Made by a program: the position numbers and the translations under genes | In this document: positions 37,371-52,200 of the stretch, in pieces | How positions within the stretch are numbered: position 1 is the stretch's first letter | Layout of the letters: every line of letters begins with the position of its first letter | Notes under the pieces: model-generated | Databases searched by the model: none | The model's input: only the letters and a program-made list of their open reading frames with translations | Told to the model about the DNA's origin: nothing | Assembly: GCA_034780895.1 (NCBI GenBank) | Contig: JAUZTB010000127.1 | Coordinates: 33,085,752 to 33,149,751, forward strand | Direction of reading: 5' to 3' | Length of the DNA: 64,000 bases | From: Rhynchobatus australiae | Lineage: Eukaryota

Positions 37371-39414
37371 TTTCTCTTTTACTAGCTTGTCTTGGTCAAT
37401 GTGCCTTCTGTTTCAAGATCTGGAACAAGTGCAGCAACAGCAGGTGACAACAAGCTGGAAATGCCCAGAGGGAGTTGGCAGTCTCATTAAACACCACCAG
37501 TAGGAGACCTTCCTGCCACTGGAGTGCTCAACTGTACAGAGTTGAGAGGGGAGTTCACCAAAACATTAAGCTCAAAGTCCCAGTGCTGCACACCAACCAA
37601 CCTTCACAAGTTATCTAAGCTATGCAGTCCTCATGACTTTGTACCCACCAAGCCCTTCACTAAAGCATCTTCACCGCACACTGGACACCATTTTGGAATT
37701 GAATCAGCACACACAAATGGTGCATTTTGGAATTAAATTTTGTTGAACTCATTTCCTCCAACGTTTATATGAAATACTGCCACTTTCAACAGGTTGCAGC
37801 AAGATGATATAGATATCCAAGTCCAACACTCAAACCAGGCTTAGTCATCAACAAATGCATTTAAGACTTCATGTGGGGAGTACTGACAGGTGCAAGATTT
37901 TCAATGCCAAATCCTCTACTTTCCCTCCCTTTGATTGCCACAAATACATCAATGGGTTTCCCATATCCAGCCTGACAGTGGTCAAAAGAGGACAAACTGG
38001 TGACTTCATAGGTGAACTTTAAAAAATATTTCACTATTAATGCTTCCTAATCACTACTTAAACTCAACCAGACAGCTTGTGCGGAAACAGTGCCAATACT
38101 TGTTGTCACTCATTCCTGCCATTCCCTGGGCTTTGGCCAATAATTCAAGTCCAATGCTCTGCAACAAACTCATGACTGGATCTTTGTATGTCTGAAGACA
38201 ACATTATAGGGATTTGGCATCTGATCCAAAAGGCACTTACAATGACCAATATGCAGAGAGCCCAGAAAAAGGCAATAGAATATGCTGCACAGACAGAAGT
38301 GCTTAATGAGCCAGATCACCAGAATGTTTTGATACAAGTCCACTTTCGTCCAGAGTAAGCAGAGGGGGAATTAAAGGCACCTTTTCACTTCCTTCAAGGA
38401 TTTCAAAGCTCCAGTACAGATAACCAATTGTTCCATCTCATTGCTCACACATCAGTATGAGCAAAACAAGTTGCAGTGCAAGAGAAACATTAACTTTCCC
38501 AAATTAATCTTTCTTCCCAACAAAATTGGTGTAAAGTACAACAGCAGAATGATCAACTGTCATCGCTTCTCCAAAGGCAGTAAAGTGTGTTTACATACCA
38601 ACAACTCGTCTCGGTGCTTTATCACAAACATATGAATATACACCTTGCAATACAATATTAAATGCAAACCTTTTCAAACTCTCCCACCGAGTATAGGATC
38701 AATAAAACCTACAAAATCAGGAAATTCAACTAAACGTCACAATTCTACTCAAATGGATACAGGAGAAAACAGATGGAGGAGTGCAACATCGGTAATCAGA
38801 ATCATTTCACAATGCTTATAGTTGTACTTGACAAATGCTTCACATGAATTTTGTTGGAAAGGAAGATAGATTTGGGAAGGTTAATTTGTTTCTCTTCATA
38901 ATCACAACTCGTTTCGCGCAAATTGAAGTCTGAGCAGCGAGATGGAACAGTTGGTTATCTGCACTAGAGAAGAAAGATTGCAACATTACCAGTAAACAGA
39001 ATCATTTCACAATATTTTTCCAAACCAGAAGATTAACTCAGGGCACTGCACCATGGGGAAAGACCAAATTGAAAAAAAAATCGCCTACAAAATAAACAGC
39101 AAAACACAGTGGGCTGTCCAACAACCAAAACCGAAAAAGCCATTTGGTCCAGAAGTCAACACCCAACAGGTAAATTTGGATGACCCAAAAGGTTAAATAG
39201 CACAAGACTTCTATTACAATCAGGTTAATATCTGTAAAAAAAAAAGTTGGGCTGTAAAATATCAGTCGAAAGTCCTTAAAATTCAACAACTATCCCCAAA
39301 CAAGCTTTTCTTTTTATGCAGCAAAGAGAACACCCAGGAAGGAGATTGCTTTTTAATAAGACCAAAATAACAAAGCGTTCTGTGGCATTTGTCATGGATT
39401 GGTGGCAGGAGCAG

Positions 39415-39545
39415 TGGTAAGTGTAGACAGAGTCTGTAGAGGGGAGGCTGGTTTTCACGATGGTCTTAGTTGTGTCTACAACTCTCTCCAATTTCTGGAG
39501 GTCTTGAGCAAAGCAGTCGCCATACCATGCAGTGATGCATTTTGA
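39415..39545 (-). mobile_element. Rex1/Babar-like LINE C-terminal fragment
   Basis: CITAWYGDCFAQDLQKLERVVDTTKTIVKTSLPSTDSVYT, the same family as 6270-6500. Confidence 0.8.
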
Positions 39546-42500
39546 GGTATGCAAACAAATGTCCCACATTAATCAAAGTTGCACAAAATCCAGGGTTCTG
39601 TGTGACAAAACCAAGTTTAAGGGAGAGGAACAGCTGGTTCCACTCCACCATTACCAGGGGGTGGGAGAGAAAATGTGGCACTTTGGACGGTGACTCTGAG
39701 AATTACTCCACAGATGCTAAATGGGAACCATTGAGGGAACAGGATGTGAGGCTGGTANNNNNNNNNNNNNNNNNNNNNNNNNNNNNNNNNNNNNNNNNNN
39801 NNNNNNNNNNNNNNNNNNNNNNNNNNNNNNNNNNNNNNNNNNNNNNNNNNNNNNNNNNNNNNNNNNNNNNNNNNNNNNNNNNNNNNNNNNNNNNNNNNNN
39901 NNNNNNNNNNNNNNNNNNNNNNNNNNNNNNNNNNNNNNNNNNNNNNNNNNNNNNNNNNNNNNNNNNNNNNNNNNNNNNNNNNNNNNNNNNNNNNNNNNNN
40001 NNNNNNNNNNNNNNNNNNNNNNNNNNNNNNNNNNNNNNNNNNNNNNNNNNNNNNNNNNNNNNNNNNNNNNNNNNNNNNNNNNNNNNNNNNNNCACATTAT
40101 CATTCAAGTAGACATTTGAATTTTGAATACATTCAATTATATTATTTGGCTAGGTAAATTATAAATGTTATTATATCTGCATTAATCAGGAAAGGAGCAC
40201 TTAAGAGTCTTGAATGCTTTTACTCGCCGATTCCATTCCATGGGGCAATTTTTAGTCCATTCTCCACAGTTAGATTCACCTCCAATAACCAACACATCAG
40301 ACTCCAGTCACCAACAATTCAACACAATGACTTGTATCTTAGTATCTGAGAGTGCATTGCCACAATTACGATCTTGTGATGGCTTCCTCAATTCAGCTAC
40401 AGACTCAGCCAGTTTCCTTTTGCTTTCTTAATGCTGTCAAATTTAAACCTTTGCATGCTCTCACAAGGCTTTAGGTTAAAATGATTCTGGAAAACAAAAA
40501 TCCATCATTGCTTCAAATTTTTATTGCTGGGTTCCCAAGTCCAGGGGTTTGTCATTAAGTAGGGGCTCCCATAACATTAATTAGGATAAATCTGTTTATT
40601 TTCACTAGGAGATAAGTGTCACAATGTTTTGCAATACTCCTCCCATGTCTGAGCTTGAGTGTTAAATTCAGCAAATTCTTTGTTGCAGCGATTTCCCTTT
40701 CCCTGTTATTTTTAAGTAGATTGTTGTTAAACTTGCCTTCTCTCCACACTACCCCTTCCACAATATTTTTATTTGAAAGCATTTATTTTCAGTCCCACTT
40801 GACTTCAGTAATAATTTGCCTCATTACCAAAAGTCTACAGTAACATATAAATAAGGTGTAGACCAGACCAGGTTTTATCTTGAAAGTTTAGGCTTTAAGT
40901 AAATAACCAAGTGTACATGTTTGAGATCAACCAAAATGACCTTACTGGATTGGAGAAGACTACATACAAATTAGACACATTACTATCAAGTTCACTGCAA
41001 CATTGGCTGGGTGAAAGACAACTTGGCAGACGCAGCCCATATCAAGATCTAGGAATAGTGTCTATCCCATGATGAAAATGAGGCAAGAACATGGCTCCAC
41101 CAGAGATTGCTTCACACTGATGACAGAGGTCCATCCTGCAACAGTACATGAGTGGTGCCAGCCTTGCCTCNNNNNNNNNNNNNNNNNNNNNNNCTGCTCA
41201 GTCAACAAATAGAAGTTCCACACTTAAAGCTACCACTTCAATGCAGTACCAAGAGAGTGCTGTACAGATAATAATTTAAGAGTCATCTCAGGTTGGTCTG
41301 CAATACCCAACGACATGTTTAAAACAGCAGGGGTATTCTTAGCATTTATTCCCAAACTACCCCACAAAACTTACAGTTTGCAGGGACTATGGCCATACAT
41401 ACAAGACTCAAATGAGGAACCTGGTTTTCATGGAAGATTGTTCACAATAGGCAACCACTCATCCAGAGAGGATCGGGGGGGGGGGAGGGGAGGCGAAAAA
41501 AAAAGGAGAAAAATAGAACTTTAAATGGATGATGGTTTTAATGCAAGGCACAACTGGGAAGAAAATTGAGGAAGGTGAAATTAACAGTGAGCCAAATCAC
41601 TATCCTGACTTGGTAATTAATTGATAAATGCTTCCCCATTTTTCCTCCTCTTATCTCTAAGATCTTCACTCTTTTCTCATGGATAACAATGTGAAACAGA
41701 GGAAGCCTTTGCAAGCTGATCATGAGGCACCTCTTTACTGTAACTAACAATATCAATGCTTGGGATGGTTACTCATATGCAATGGAAAGATTTTATGGGA
41801 AGTAACTGCTGAAAGTCTGCTCTGGAACTTAGAGCCAGTGCTCTAGTCTCCACTTGCCATGGCTGCTAGGAACAGGTTCACATTGTGGGGGGGNNNNNNN
41901 NNNNNNNNNNNNNNNNNNNNNNNNNNNNNNNNNNNNNNNNNNNNNNNNNNNNNNNNNNNNNNNNNNNNNNNNNNNNNNNNNNNNNNNNNNNNNCCCCCCC
42001 CACACCTATTCTGAGCCTGAAAGATTAACTCCAAGGAAAAGGCCCACACCACACCTCTTCAGTTAAACAGTTAGCTTCCACTCAAACAAAAATGCAGGAG
42101 GGAGTCAATTGTTATTTTGTATTAAGAAACTGAAATGGGGAAGTATGCATTCATCATTTTCTGTGACTACCCGAGTTATACTGATAGATTTGGATGTGTT
42201 AATTTGGAATTGTTCTCTATATTCACTGATTATAAAATAAAATATCAATACTGGTGTTGCCAAATATCCTCAGACTTTTACAGTGATAGAAGGACTACAG
42301 GACAGACGGAAAGGACCAAGTAACTTGCAGTGGAGCTGATGGTTATTGGGTAATATTCATGAACTCCAGCATACAAGGCAAAGGTGATTTACTTACAGAA
42401 GGGGCATAAAGCCATCTTCAGCAGACCCCAAATTTATAATTCCTAACAAACCATGGTTGTAGGAGTTTAATAACCTCGCTGATTAGCCAATGCACAGATT

Positions 42501-42809
42501 ATAAAAAGGTGATTTTGTTAGCACCAACAGCACTGAAGGCAGTCAAGCACAGAAAGTGTTGCCATCACCAAGGCGTGCTCTCTCCAACAGAATTCACCAG
42601 CTGCCATTGCTAAATATGCTTCCAGGGCTCCTTGCATGGATAAAAGCTAATTCAGCACAGAATCAAACCTCTGTTGAGGAGGGTATACATCAAAAATGAA
42701 AAGTTCCATTACTCACAGGATTTTTTGAATGTTTCTACTTAATGTTTAGTATTAGAGATCACATCAGGACTCCAATACATTTTTAAAACATACAGCGTTG
42801 GTTTGTGGC

Positions 42810-43480
42810 CAGACTGAGGGGTGAAAGATGACAAGGTTATGCCAGGTAGGGGAGGGGAGTTGGAGGAATGTGGTAGATGATAGATAGAGGCAGACAAAGA
42901 GGGGGAAAAAAAAGAGGTAGATGGGGGGGGGTGGTCAAACTTGGAGACAGCTGTTGAGTGATAAGCAGGAACACAAAAGGGCAACCAGTGCTACAATCTA
43001 ATAAGGAGGAGGTGATAATGGGAACCATTAACTAGGGGGAGAGAACTGGATTTGGAGGTGGTGTGGTGGGAAGAGAGAGAGGAAGAGAAGCCTGTAGTTG
43101 AGCTGTGTGTGTAGTGGGTAGATGGAACCAGGAGGGAGAGGAAAGTTACCAAAAAGAGATCCCCATACAATCAGGTTCCTGTCTCACTACTCCCCCTCTC
43201 CTCTTTANNNNNNNNNNNNNNNNNNNNNNNNNNNNNNNNNNNNNNNNNNNNNNNNNNNNNNNNNNNNNNNNNNNNNNNNNNNNNNNNNNNNNNNNNNNNN
43301 NNNNNNNCCCCATACAATCAGGTTCCTGTCTCACTACTCCCCCTCTCCTCTTTATACTGACCATCTCCCCTCTCTACTTAGTCCCGATGCCAGGTTTTGA
43401 CCTAAATGTCAACAATTCCTTTCACCCCCACAAATTCTGTTCAGTTGCGGAGTGCCAACAGCAGATAGTTTTTTTTTGAA
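42810..43480. mobile_element. Penelope-like non-autonomous repeat pieces in opposite orientations
   Basis: A purine-rich half (42810-43150) abuts a pyrimidine-rich half ending cccgatgccaggttttgacctaaatgtcaac...cacaaattctg...cagcagatagtttt. This resembles the ctgatgaagggtctcgacccgaaacgtc terminus common in chondrichthyans. A related piece lies at ~60910-61000. Family assignment is from memory. Confidence 0.4.
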
Positions 43481-46400
43481 CTGACAGTAATGTCCTTCAT
43501 AAATATCAATTTACTACAAAGGGAAATCAGTTAGAGATTCATACATGGACAGGGTAATCTGAAATACTGGACACTCCATAAGTGCTTTGGTACACAGCAA
43601 TCATGATTGCACAATTACCTCACTCTGAAACATATGGCAGCTAAATGTTGCAAATGGCTGCATAAAATGCAATTTGATTAAAAGTTAACAGAACGTAAAC
43701 CATTCCAATTCAATGAGAACACCATGTTTACTAGCATTCACATTGCCTGCTTGAGCTCAACTATGGATCTTAATTTATGTAGTTCAAGATGTAGTTATGA
43801 AAACTTATAAACTGCCTGGGTGATAATGAAATCTTTACACAGGAATACTTCAATTACTGTCTAAGAGGAAAAATACATCATTCAGCAAATACCTGCTGCA
43901 GGAAACCAGACAAGTGCAGATAATGGGAATCTTAATCTTTTAATTAAATATCCATGAGCAATCAACTTTACTTCAAAATAGTAAAAGAACAACTTTAGGA
44001 CTGTAAATGGAGTTTATGTGCATTTAAGTTTTGCGAAATTCTTGCTGACCTAATAAATACTTCAAAAGGTAATGATAACACTTTCCAATCCTTCAGAGTG
44101 AAACAGTCTCAAATTTTATGTGAACTCAAGGGGGGAATTTCAGATGAATGACATCTCTATTGGACTGTGTCCATCAGCACAATGTGAATAGATTGAGTCA
44201 GGATGTGGAGGTGTTCTCCAAATACTTCACATACTTTGCTCATAATAGCAAGTCCCAACCTTTATTTTTTTTAAATTACTGCCAGTTGATCTCCTGTAAA
44301 ATTAGTCACAGACGGAGAGGAGATTCAGCTTAGGCAGATCAAAACGGAAACAAATTAGGTTCAAAGCCCAGTCAGGAAAAACAAATATTCTGACTTAATA
44401 CATTGCCTACGTGTGGTGAATATACTGATACTACAATGCAGTGCTGCATGCAGTGTTTTTACACTACTAAACAAGCCATCTTTCAGAAGGAACATTATTC
44501 CAAGGCCCATCTTCTTGGGTGGATACAAGAGGTCTTATAACACCAAAGTGCAAGAAAAAGAGTGCCTGCCAGCATTAACACCTTAATAAACATTAAGAGC
44601 AGTGGTTTGATCAGTGAGACACCATGGAAAAGATTTCACTGATATACATATGAAAACTGCTACAAAGGGAGGCAGCAGAACATTGGCTTTGATAATGACT
44701 GAGATAAAGTTTGGACTGAAAGCACTGCACAAAACCAGGAAACTCATTTCGGTTCATGACAGCAAGGCTTCGTTGGTTCAACCAGCTTCAGAGGGTATGG
44801 GTGGGATTCAGGATTCAAGTGGTATGTGGGCAAAATGCCATTTAATACACAAGTGGCAAGTCAACAACCATGAATGCAGGTAACCTGCACCAAACAATGC
44901 ACCATATTACAACATTCCATTCACAACACCAATACAGTGGTAGTATCTTTGAGAGAAGGTGCCTCTCCAAAAAGGCCGCACAGCCATTTCCAACCTTAAG
45001 AGTTTACAAAATGTTACTTCATCCACACACAAGAAACTCTAAACAAATGCTCTGGTCACTCACTTAGGTGCTGAAGGTAGATTTCTTCTAGTTAACTACA
45101 GAAGATTGCACCTACAAATTAGTGCTTATGTTGTGAAACTGCCTGATATTCTGAGGTTATTGAAGATCTGAACAAATTGTTTGGTCTCCTTCACAAGTGG
45201 AATCCCTGCTTATGACCCAATGCAAATCAAACAGGGAGTGTGAGGCACTTTGCAAAATGGTGGCACTTCCCTACCTGGTCTGCCAGCACCACAGAATGGA
45301 TAGAGCCTCCAATTCAATCTACATCCTTCTATGAGGATTTGGGCATGGTTAAAGCCTTCTGTTAGAACCTTGGTTGGGAATTCTGGGCAACTGCGCTTTC
45401 AAGACTTCTTACCATCTTTCTGGTGCTGCAGTACCTCCAGGGTTTGTGCTTGCAGTGGTGTGGTCTTACAGAGATAAGATTCAAGGCGGGACAAATTCTG
45501 GCCCAAGAATCTACAGCACACTGTCAATCCCACAACAGGACAACTGTTACTAGATGCCACCCCAATAGGTCACCATAAAAAGTGCTACTGTATTCAGATG
45601 ATTCATTTGTTCTGAATTTTCATGAGCCAAGCCAAAAGACATAACAATTTTTAAATGCTAAAAATAATGAAAATTTGAAAAGTACTTGCCTTTGGTAGGC
45701 AGATAATTTAATTGGAAGCCATCGTATAGTTTGAATATCAAACTCAAAAGCTATGGACCCATGAACAATACTGAATCAAAAGCACAGAATTACTGCTGTT
45801 ATAGACACTCAAACATATGATTTAGGTAAGATTTTTTACTAAGTGTCTGAATTTGATAGACTTGACATTTAAGATGAACAAAACAAAGGTTTCTGGACTG
45901 GACAATTTTCTGTACACAAAAAAGTCAATTGAAAAAAAACTTTTGGGCATTTGAACATCACCACCAATCTAGCAAATTATAGTTAAGCACTAGTTTGGTA
46001 GAAACATTATGGATCAATTGAGGTGATTAAACAAACAAAATTGTGTGCATGTACATCACATGTAGGACCAGGGAAAATTAGTGGGTCAAAGGGATTGATC
46101 AGTGAGCCAGCACAGACTCAGTGGGTTGAATGGCCCTCCTTTCATGTTGCAAAAAAAATATGCAAAATTAATCATTGCAGGCAAAGCCCACTAAGCATCA
46201 AAATGCTGTACACCAATNNNNNNNNNNNNNNNCCTCTGAAAAATTCCTCCATTGTTGGTTAGTGTTGATATTTTTTTGAATGGGGGGAGGGAAGGGGAGG
46301 GGGGTGTGGGGAAATGGAAAGTGACAATAAATCTAGTCATCAAATTATGTTGTGTAATCTCTGCTCATTCACTACTTTTCAGCTTCCAATCCAAGTGCGG

Positions 46401-49069
46401 TCTATCATAGACTGCCAATAGCCTGTTGCACACTAGGATCATTTACAAGGATCTCGGGCACTGAAGTCAGGATGCCCTGCAGGATTTTGTCGCCAAACTT
46501 GTAAACATCCTGCAGGGTTCTACTAATCTCCATAGCAAAATTCCACCCATCCCCACCCTGCATGCTCCTGATGTGCAAAACCCAATAGAAGCAGAAATTC
46601 AAAAAGTCTCATCCTTTTAAACCTGCACCAGATGCAATTTAGTCACATGGTAAATTATCATATTCATATAAAAATTCTATGAAACATGAATTATATTCAT
46701 CAGCAGGCAAACTACGAACTGTAAATACAGGAATAATTTTTAATTTTAAATACAAAGTGAAACATTTTAGATGAGATCAGTGTTTTGGTACACAAAACCT
46801 CATACATTATGCAGCATATGCATATTATAATGGCAGACTTCTCCACATTAGGGTAGGGATCTTTCTTAATCAGACTGAGTGGTACTCAGTATATAACATA
46901 CCAAGGAAACAACCAGGAAATCACTCAGTTTGTACGTCAGGTTTAAAACAAAAATCACTAAAAGATTTGACTTTTTTTTTTAAAACTCACAGCAGGGAAT
47001 TACACCCTACTGAAGTGCATATAGACAGTGACCAACAAGATACTCAAATTTGAGTAAACCATGCACAATGTGCATCTTCATTTCTAATATTCTCAGTCAA
47101 GGCAGGCAGCTAGCATGGTTACTTAATTTCTCCATTACAAGTGACTACAATTCAAAGTACTTACATTGCCAGCAGAGTATCTGGGGTATGGCAGTAATAA
47201 AAGATGCTAAGCAAAGAAGCATTCTTTCTCTTTACCTGCATAATGCTCTAAAATTGTAATCTATAAATAGACATATTACCTTGACACAATAGCTGCCACT
47301 TTTTTTTTTAATTTGAAAAAGAACATTTGTGCCCCTACTAGAGCAGAAGTTATCAGCAAATTCCTTCAAGATACAGGATAATATGTTAACACGACTTTAA
47401 ATGTCAAATCACTGGCAAAATACTAGCAGCAGCTATTTTTGTGCATAACACAAATTAAGCCCAAAGTAGCCCTTAAAGAGCAGCCACTGATTGTCATCTT
47501 TCAGCTAGCATGTAACCAAGTGGTCAGGACTAACCTAGGGGAATGAGAGGGGAAGAAAAACAAGCCAGGATTTATATGACCCAGGCTAAGAATGTGCGAG
47601 GTATGGACAAGATTAAGCTCAGCAATAAGACACCACAGTCAAACTAACTAGTCAACTCTTCGCTTTAAGTCCACACACAAAGAACAAGCAGAATAGCTAA
47701 GCACCATTGCCAAGGAGAATTGTCCTATCAAGAGCCATATCTGGTGTAGGAAAAGTGACCTGCATATGGACAGTGATTCTGAGTCAGGGTGCAATTGATG
47801 AACCTTGCAGCATGCCACACTTTAATAAAGATCAAAATACAATGATTTCACTATGAGTTGCAAATCAGCAAAAGACAATGAGATGCTCTTCAGGTAAAAT
47901 GTACTGCAATTGAAATTATAGCCAAAAGGCATCTACAGGGGGGAGAAAATCCTTTAAGCATTGTGTACTATATCATAAAGACCACAATTTAAAACTGGAA
48001 ACCATGCTCATGTTATCCTATCCTGAAACCCATGGCAAAAGGAAGGCTTCACCGGGAGAGCAAAACTGAAGTAGTAGTTCAGAATTGAAATTATTTTCAC
48101 CTAGTAGTAATAAGTAATTCTGTAGTTGTCAGAAACAAAGCTGCATCATACATCAATGACATTTTTAATAGATTGAACCACAAAGTCATTTCTTCTCCCT
48201 GGCCCNNNNAAATAAAACTACACAACTCCTTTCAAGTACATCAACAAACAGTAGCAATTTTCTTTTTTTTAAATTCAAAGTGCATCATCTCATTCTGACA
48301 ATTTCACAAGCCAAAACCACAGTGCTCTGGCTAGTAGAGATTACAAACAGAGTCAAATGCAAGTAATGGAAAGATAATATTGGGCAAGGTTTATGTTGAC
48401 ATGGGATACAGAATTACTGGAAGAACAGCAAGACAGTTGTGCCAGCAAGCATAATGCCAGTGGAAGATGATGTGTTGACCCAATTCTTCCATTACCCCCA
48501 GCCATGATATCTTCCATATCAACCACACATTCCCATTTAATAAGCTAGAGTGCAAAGTACTTTTTTCTAAAGAGAGTGCCAAAGGGTCTCAGTAAAATTT
48601 GAGTAATATTTCATTTAAATATGAAGCAAACTGCCACAGCCAAACCTTGAGTAATGAACAGAGCTACACCAAATGTAGCATTTGGGCAAGCCAGTAGATA
48701 GGAACCTCTGTCTGGACCACTGGTGGCTGGACAGAAAGCGGCAGAGATCCTCTGTGGAGCAAAACTCTTTCTTTTAACTTCAGCAATCACCTAGCTTGAC
48801 ACACTATGCATGGTCTACTTGTATCAATAAAAACTTAGTGCTTCAAGCATAGGGGGAAAAATACGTCCAGATTCATTTTCTGAAGTGGTCCATTCTTGGT
48901 AACTCTGATTACATATTACATAGACAGAATTTGTAGCCCATATTTGTTAAACCACAGCAAATACAAATCTAGAGTAGACAGCTGGAAATAGTGCAAATTA
49001 AATGCAGCATCATGCAAGGGAACAAAAGCATGAAGAAATTATGTTTTCTTCATTAAAAAAAATAGGAGA

Positions 49070-49640
49070 ACATCTCTCCACCAGATGCCAGGAAAGAACA
49101 GCGCTTCAAGAGCTCATGACCTTTGTGCAAGATTGCATCACTGCCTGGTATAGAAACTCCCATGCACAGGAATGCAAGAGGCTACAGAGGAGTGGACTCA
49201 GCACATTCCATCAAGATTACAGCTCTCCCCACCATCGAGGACATCATCAAGAGGCAATATCTCAACATGGCCACATCCATCCTCTGGGGCCCCACTATCC
49301 AGGCCATGCCCTCTCAATGCTGCCAGAGTAGTAGGTACAGAAGCCTGAAGATCCATCCTTCAAGGTTCAACAGCTTTATCCCCCACTGCCATCAGGTTCT
49401 TGAACCAACCTGCAGAACCCTAAAACTACCTCAGACTATATTTCTTCTCTCTCTCAACTTGCACACGTGTTGTAATATTTATTTTGTTGTGCAAGTATTT
49501 ATAATTTATGTTAATTTAAGTTATGCTAACATGTTTGCCATGTTTATGATGTACTATGCTACTGCAAAAAGGAACTAATTCTACTTCTCAGGGCATTCAT
49601 ATCCTGTGTATGCTTATGACAATAAACTTGAACTTGAAGG
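49070..49640 (+). mobile_element. Rex1/Babar-like LINE 3' end
   Basis: QDCITAWYRNSHAQECKRLQR, LPTIEDI and SRYRSLKIHPSRFNSF; ends tatgacaataaacttgaacttgaa. Confidence 0.85.
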
Positions 49641-50239
49641 TGGGAGGGAGGGCAACATAGCCATGAATAACTGTATTAACTGGAGCTGTTTTTATTTATT
49701 CATTCATGGGATATGACAGCACTAGCAATGAATGGGCATCCCAAATACCTCAGAAGGAGACAGCAGGCAGCCAACTACTTTGGTGGGTCTCAAGTCATGT
49801 ATAGGTCAAACTAGGAAGGGTTAACAAATTTCCTATTCTGAAGTACCTTTGCAAGCCAGAATGGGTTTTTACACAAATCCAGTACCATCAAGCTTACCAT
49901 TACCAATTCTAACCTCTTATTCCAGATGTAATTATTTGAACTTAAATTCCTCAGCTACCACACGAGGATACTAACCAGAATCTGTTGGTCAATAGTCCAG
50001 CCTCCGGAAGCTAGTAGAATAACTTAAATGCCTCAAAAGGATAAAGTCAACAAGGAGCAAGTCAAGATTGGCTCGAAACATTAATTATCCTCTTGAGAAA
50101 AAATAAAATTGGCCAGGAATCATGCATTATGAAACTAAAGGGGAGTAAGTGATTTTAAATGATACATTTAAAATCAATTGAGAGCAAAGTCTTGGAGCAT
50201 GCTAATGTCAGGGTTTTGTTGCCAGCTACTCTACTTGAG

Positions 50240-51130
50240 AACAAACTAATAAGACATAGATGAAAGCAAGAATTTGATGTTCAGCCGAACTTGCCTGCTG
50301 TCATTCAATAAGATATTGGCTAACCCTTTACCCCAGTACCACTTTCCTGTGCTAGTCTCATATCTCTGTTCCTTTAATATCCAAAAAGATCTACCAATCT
50401 TGCTCTCAAACATACTGAGTAACTGCTCTACAGCCTCTTGGGTAGAAAATTCCAAAGACGCACCATCCTCTGGCTGAACAAATTTCTTATCATCTGTCCC
50501 GAATGGGCAACCCCCAATTTTGAGGCACTGACCCAGGAAAAACATCTGCCCTGCCAAGGCTAATAAGAATTTTGCACGTTTGATTGAGATCACAACTCAT
50601 TCGTCCGAACTCAAGAGTACAGGTTCAGTCTGCTTAACCACTCAAGATATTTTGCCCATTATAGGATTCAACCTGGTCAACTTTAGTTGCGCTTCTCACC
50701 TTCCTCACCACTCCTACCAGCAATTGTAAGCAAATCTTTCCTTAGCAAGGGAGACCATACCCATACAGAGTAGTTATGTGTGGCTTCACTGAGGCTCTAT
50801 ACATCATCAGTAATTGTACTCAGTTCTTTGTGCAAGGTCAGCAAACCCTTTGCCTTCCACAAAGCTTGCTGCACCTGCTTCCCTTCAATTATTATGTACA
50901 GGGACACCAAGGTCCCCCTAAAAACCAACACTTCATCCCACCACCATTTAAAACAAAGATCCCACTTTCCTATCTTTTTTCCTACCAAAACCAGACAATT
51001 TTCATTTTTCCCCACATTATATTCTTTCATATCCTCACCCACTCACGTTTCTCTATCCCCAAGGCCACACCACATCTTCCTCACAGACCATATTACCATC
51101 CAGTTTTGAAACCAATTTAATATATTACAC
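50240..51130 (-). mobile_element. CR1-clade LINE 3' fragment (degenerate)
   Basis: Reverse complement of CR1 3' ORF2 and tail, e.g. aactgctctacagcctcttgggtagaaaattccaaaga and cagggacaccaaggtccc (RDLGVPVH). Confidence 0.7.
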
Positions 51131-51959
51131 TTNNNNNNNNNNNNNNNNNNNNNNNNNNNNNNNNNNNNNNNNNNNNNNNNNNNNNNNNNNNNNNNNNNNN
51201 NNNNNNNNNNNNNNNNNNNNNNNNNNNNNNNNGGAGCTCATGAAGAGCATACAGTAGGAATGATAACTATCTTACTGTATCCTGAACCATTGGCTCCATA
51301 GTCATTCACTCTTCTACAGTCTGGTGATTCATGCTGTATTGCACAATTTTAACATACAAATTGAATTTGAAAAGTGAGCTTTCCTTTAAGCACTTACTGT
51401 GGATATTACTGCATTGAGCTACTTCTTAAAGGCTACATTTCCTTGAGTAATCACACTGAGTTAAATCCTGGATTATGCATACGTACCAAGGCAGAGACTG
51501 TGTTTATGTGTAGGGCGCGCAAACTCTTCTGCAGGTCATTACATGATTCACAGGTAATATTTAATGCTTTTGTTTTCCATAAAATTTCACATACCTTATA
51601 AAAATAAAGAAAGGATGTTAGCTGTAGAATGGAGGCATGTTATCCCTAGATAGTTGCTATGGCAAAGACCATGCTTGTAAAGGTTCTCGGCACTTGAAGG
51701 TGGCACAGACTGGGGAAGTGTCCAATGCTGACCTATTGTTTTCTATCCATTATGTGAATAATCAATCCACAGCAGGACATTACCCTCAACCCACATGCTC
51801 TAGTTTTCTTTCATATTCATGCACCACCTTTTACCTGAAGGTCCATATGCACATTAACTAGCTCCCACCTTATTTAATCTATTCTTACAACCTCAAAAGG
51901 AACACATGTCAAATATCACTTCCATTTCATTAATCCACATTAGCACTGACCAATTTTAT

Positions 51960-52200
51960 TGGTTGTTCCCCCCCCCCCCCCACCAAGTGTCCTGTTACCA
52001 TTTCCTTGATAATTGTGACATTTTCCCTACTACTGACACCAGGCTCAGTGCTCTGTAGTTTCCAGTTTACACTCTTGCTCCTGTTAAATAGTGGGTTCAC
52101 ATTTGCTACCTCCTTATCAATGAGAGCTGACCTACACTCAAAAAATTGTAAACATGAATGCTGGTACATTGAATATGTCAATAACCATCTCCTTCAAAAT
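51960..52200 (-). mobile_element. CR1-clade LINE internal fragment
   Basis: Minus strand VANVNPLFNRS, followed by decayed GNYR..SLVSVVGK and IIKEMVTGHL. Confidence 0.65.

Noticed and set aside
39542-40119. Long ORFs of 128-189 aa (and similar X-rich ORFs elsewhere)
   Set aside because: They are open only because they run through N gaps.
43162-43353. 46-bp perfect direct repeat flanking a 100-N gap
   Set aside because: Same unmerged contig-overlap artefact.
46405-46602. Protein-looking minus-strand ORF with an 11-bp hairpin (46475-46485/46507-46517) as a possible exon or miRNA
   Set aside because: The stem is too short for a pre-miRNA and is built on the self-palindromic CCTGCAGG. The peptide is unrecognised and has no convincing donor.
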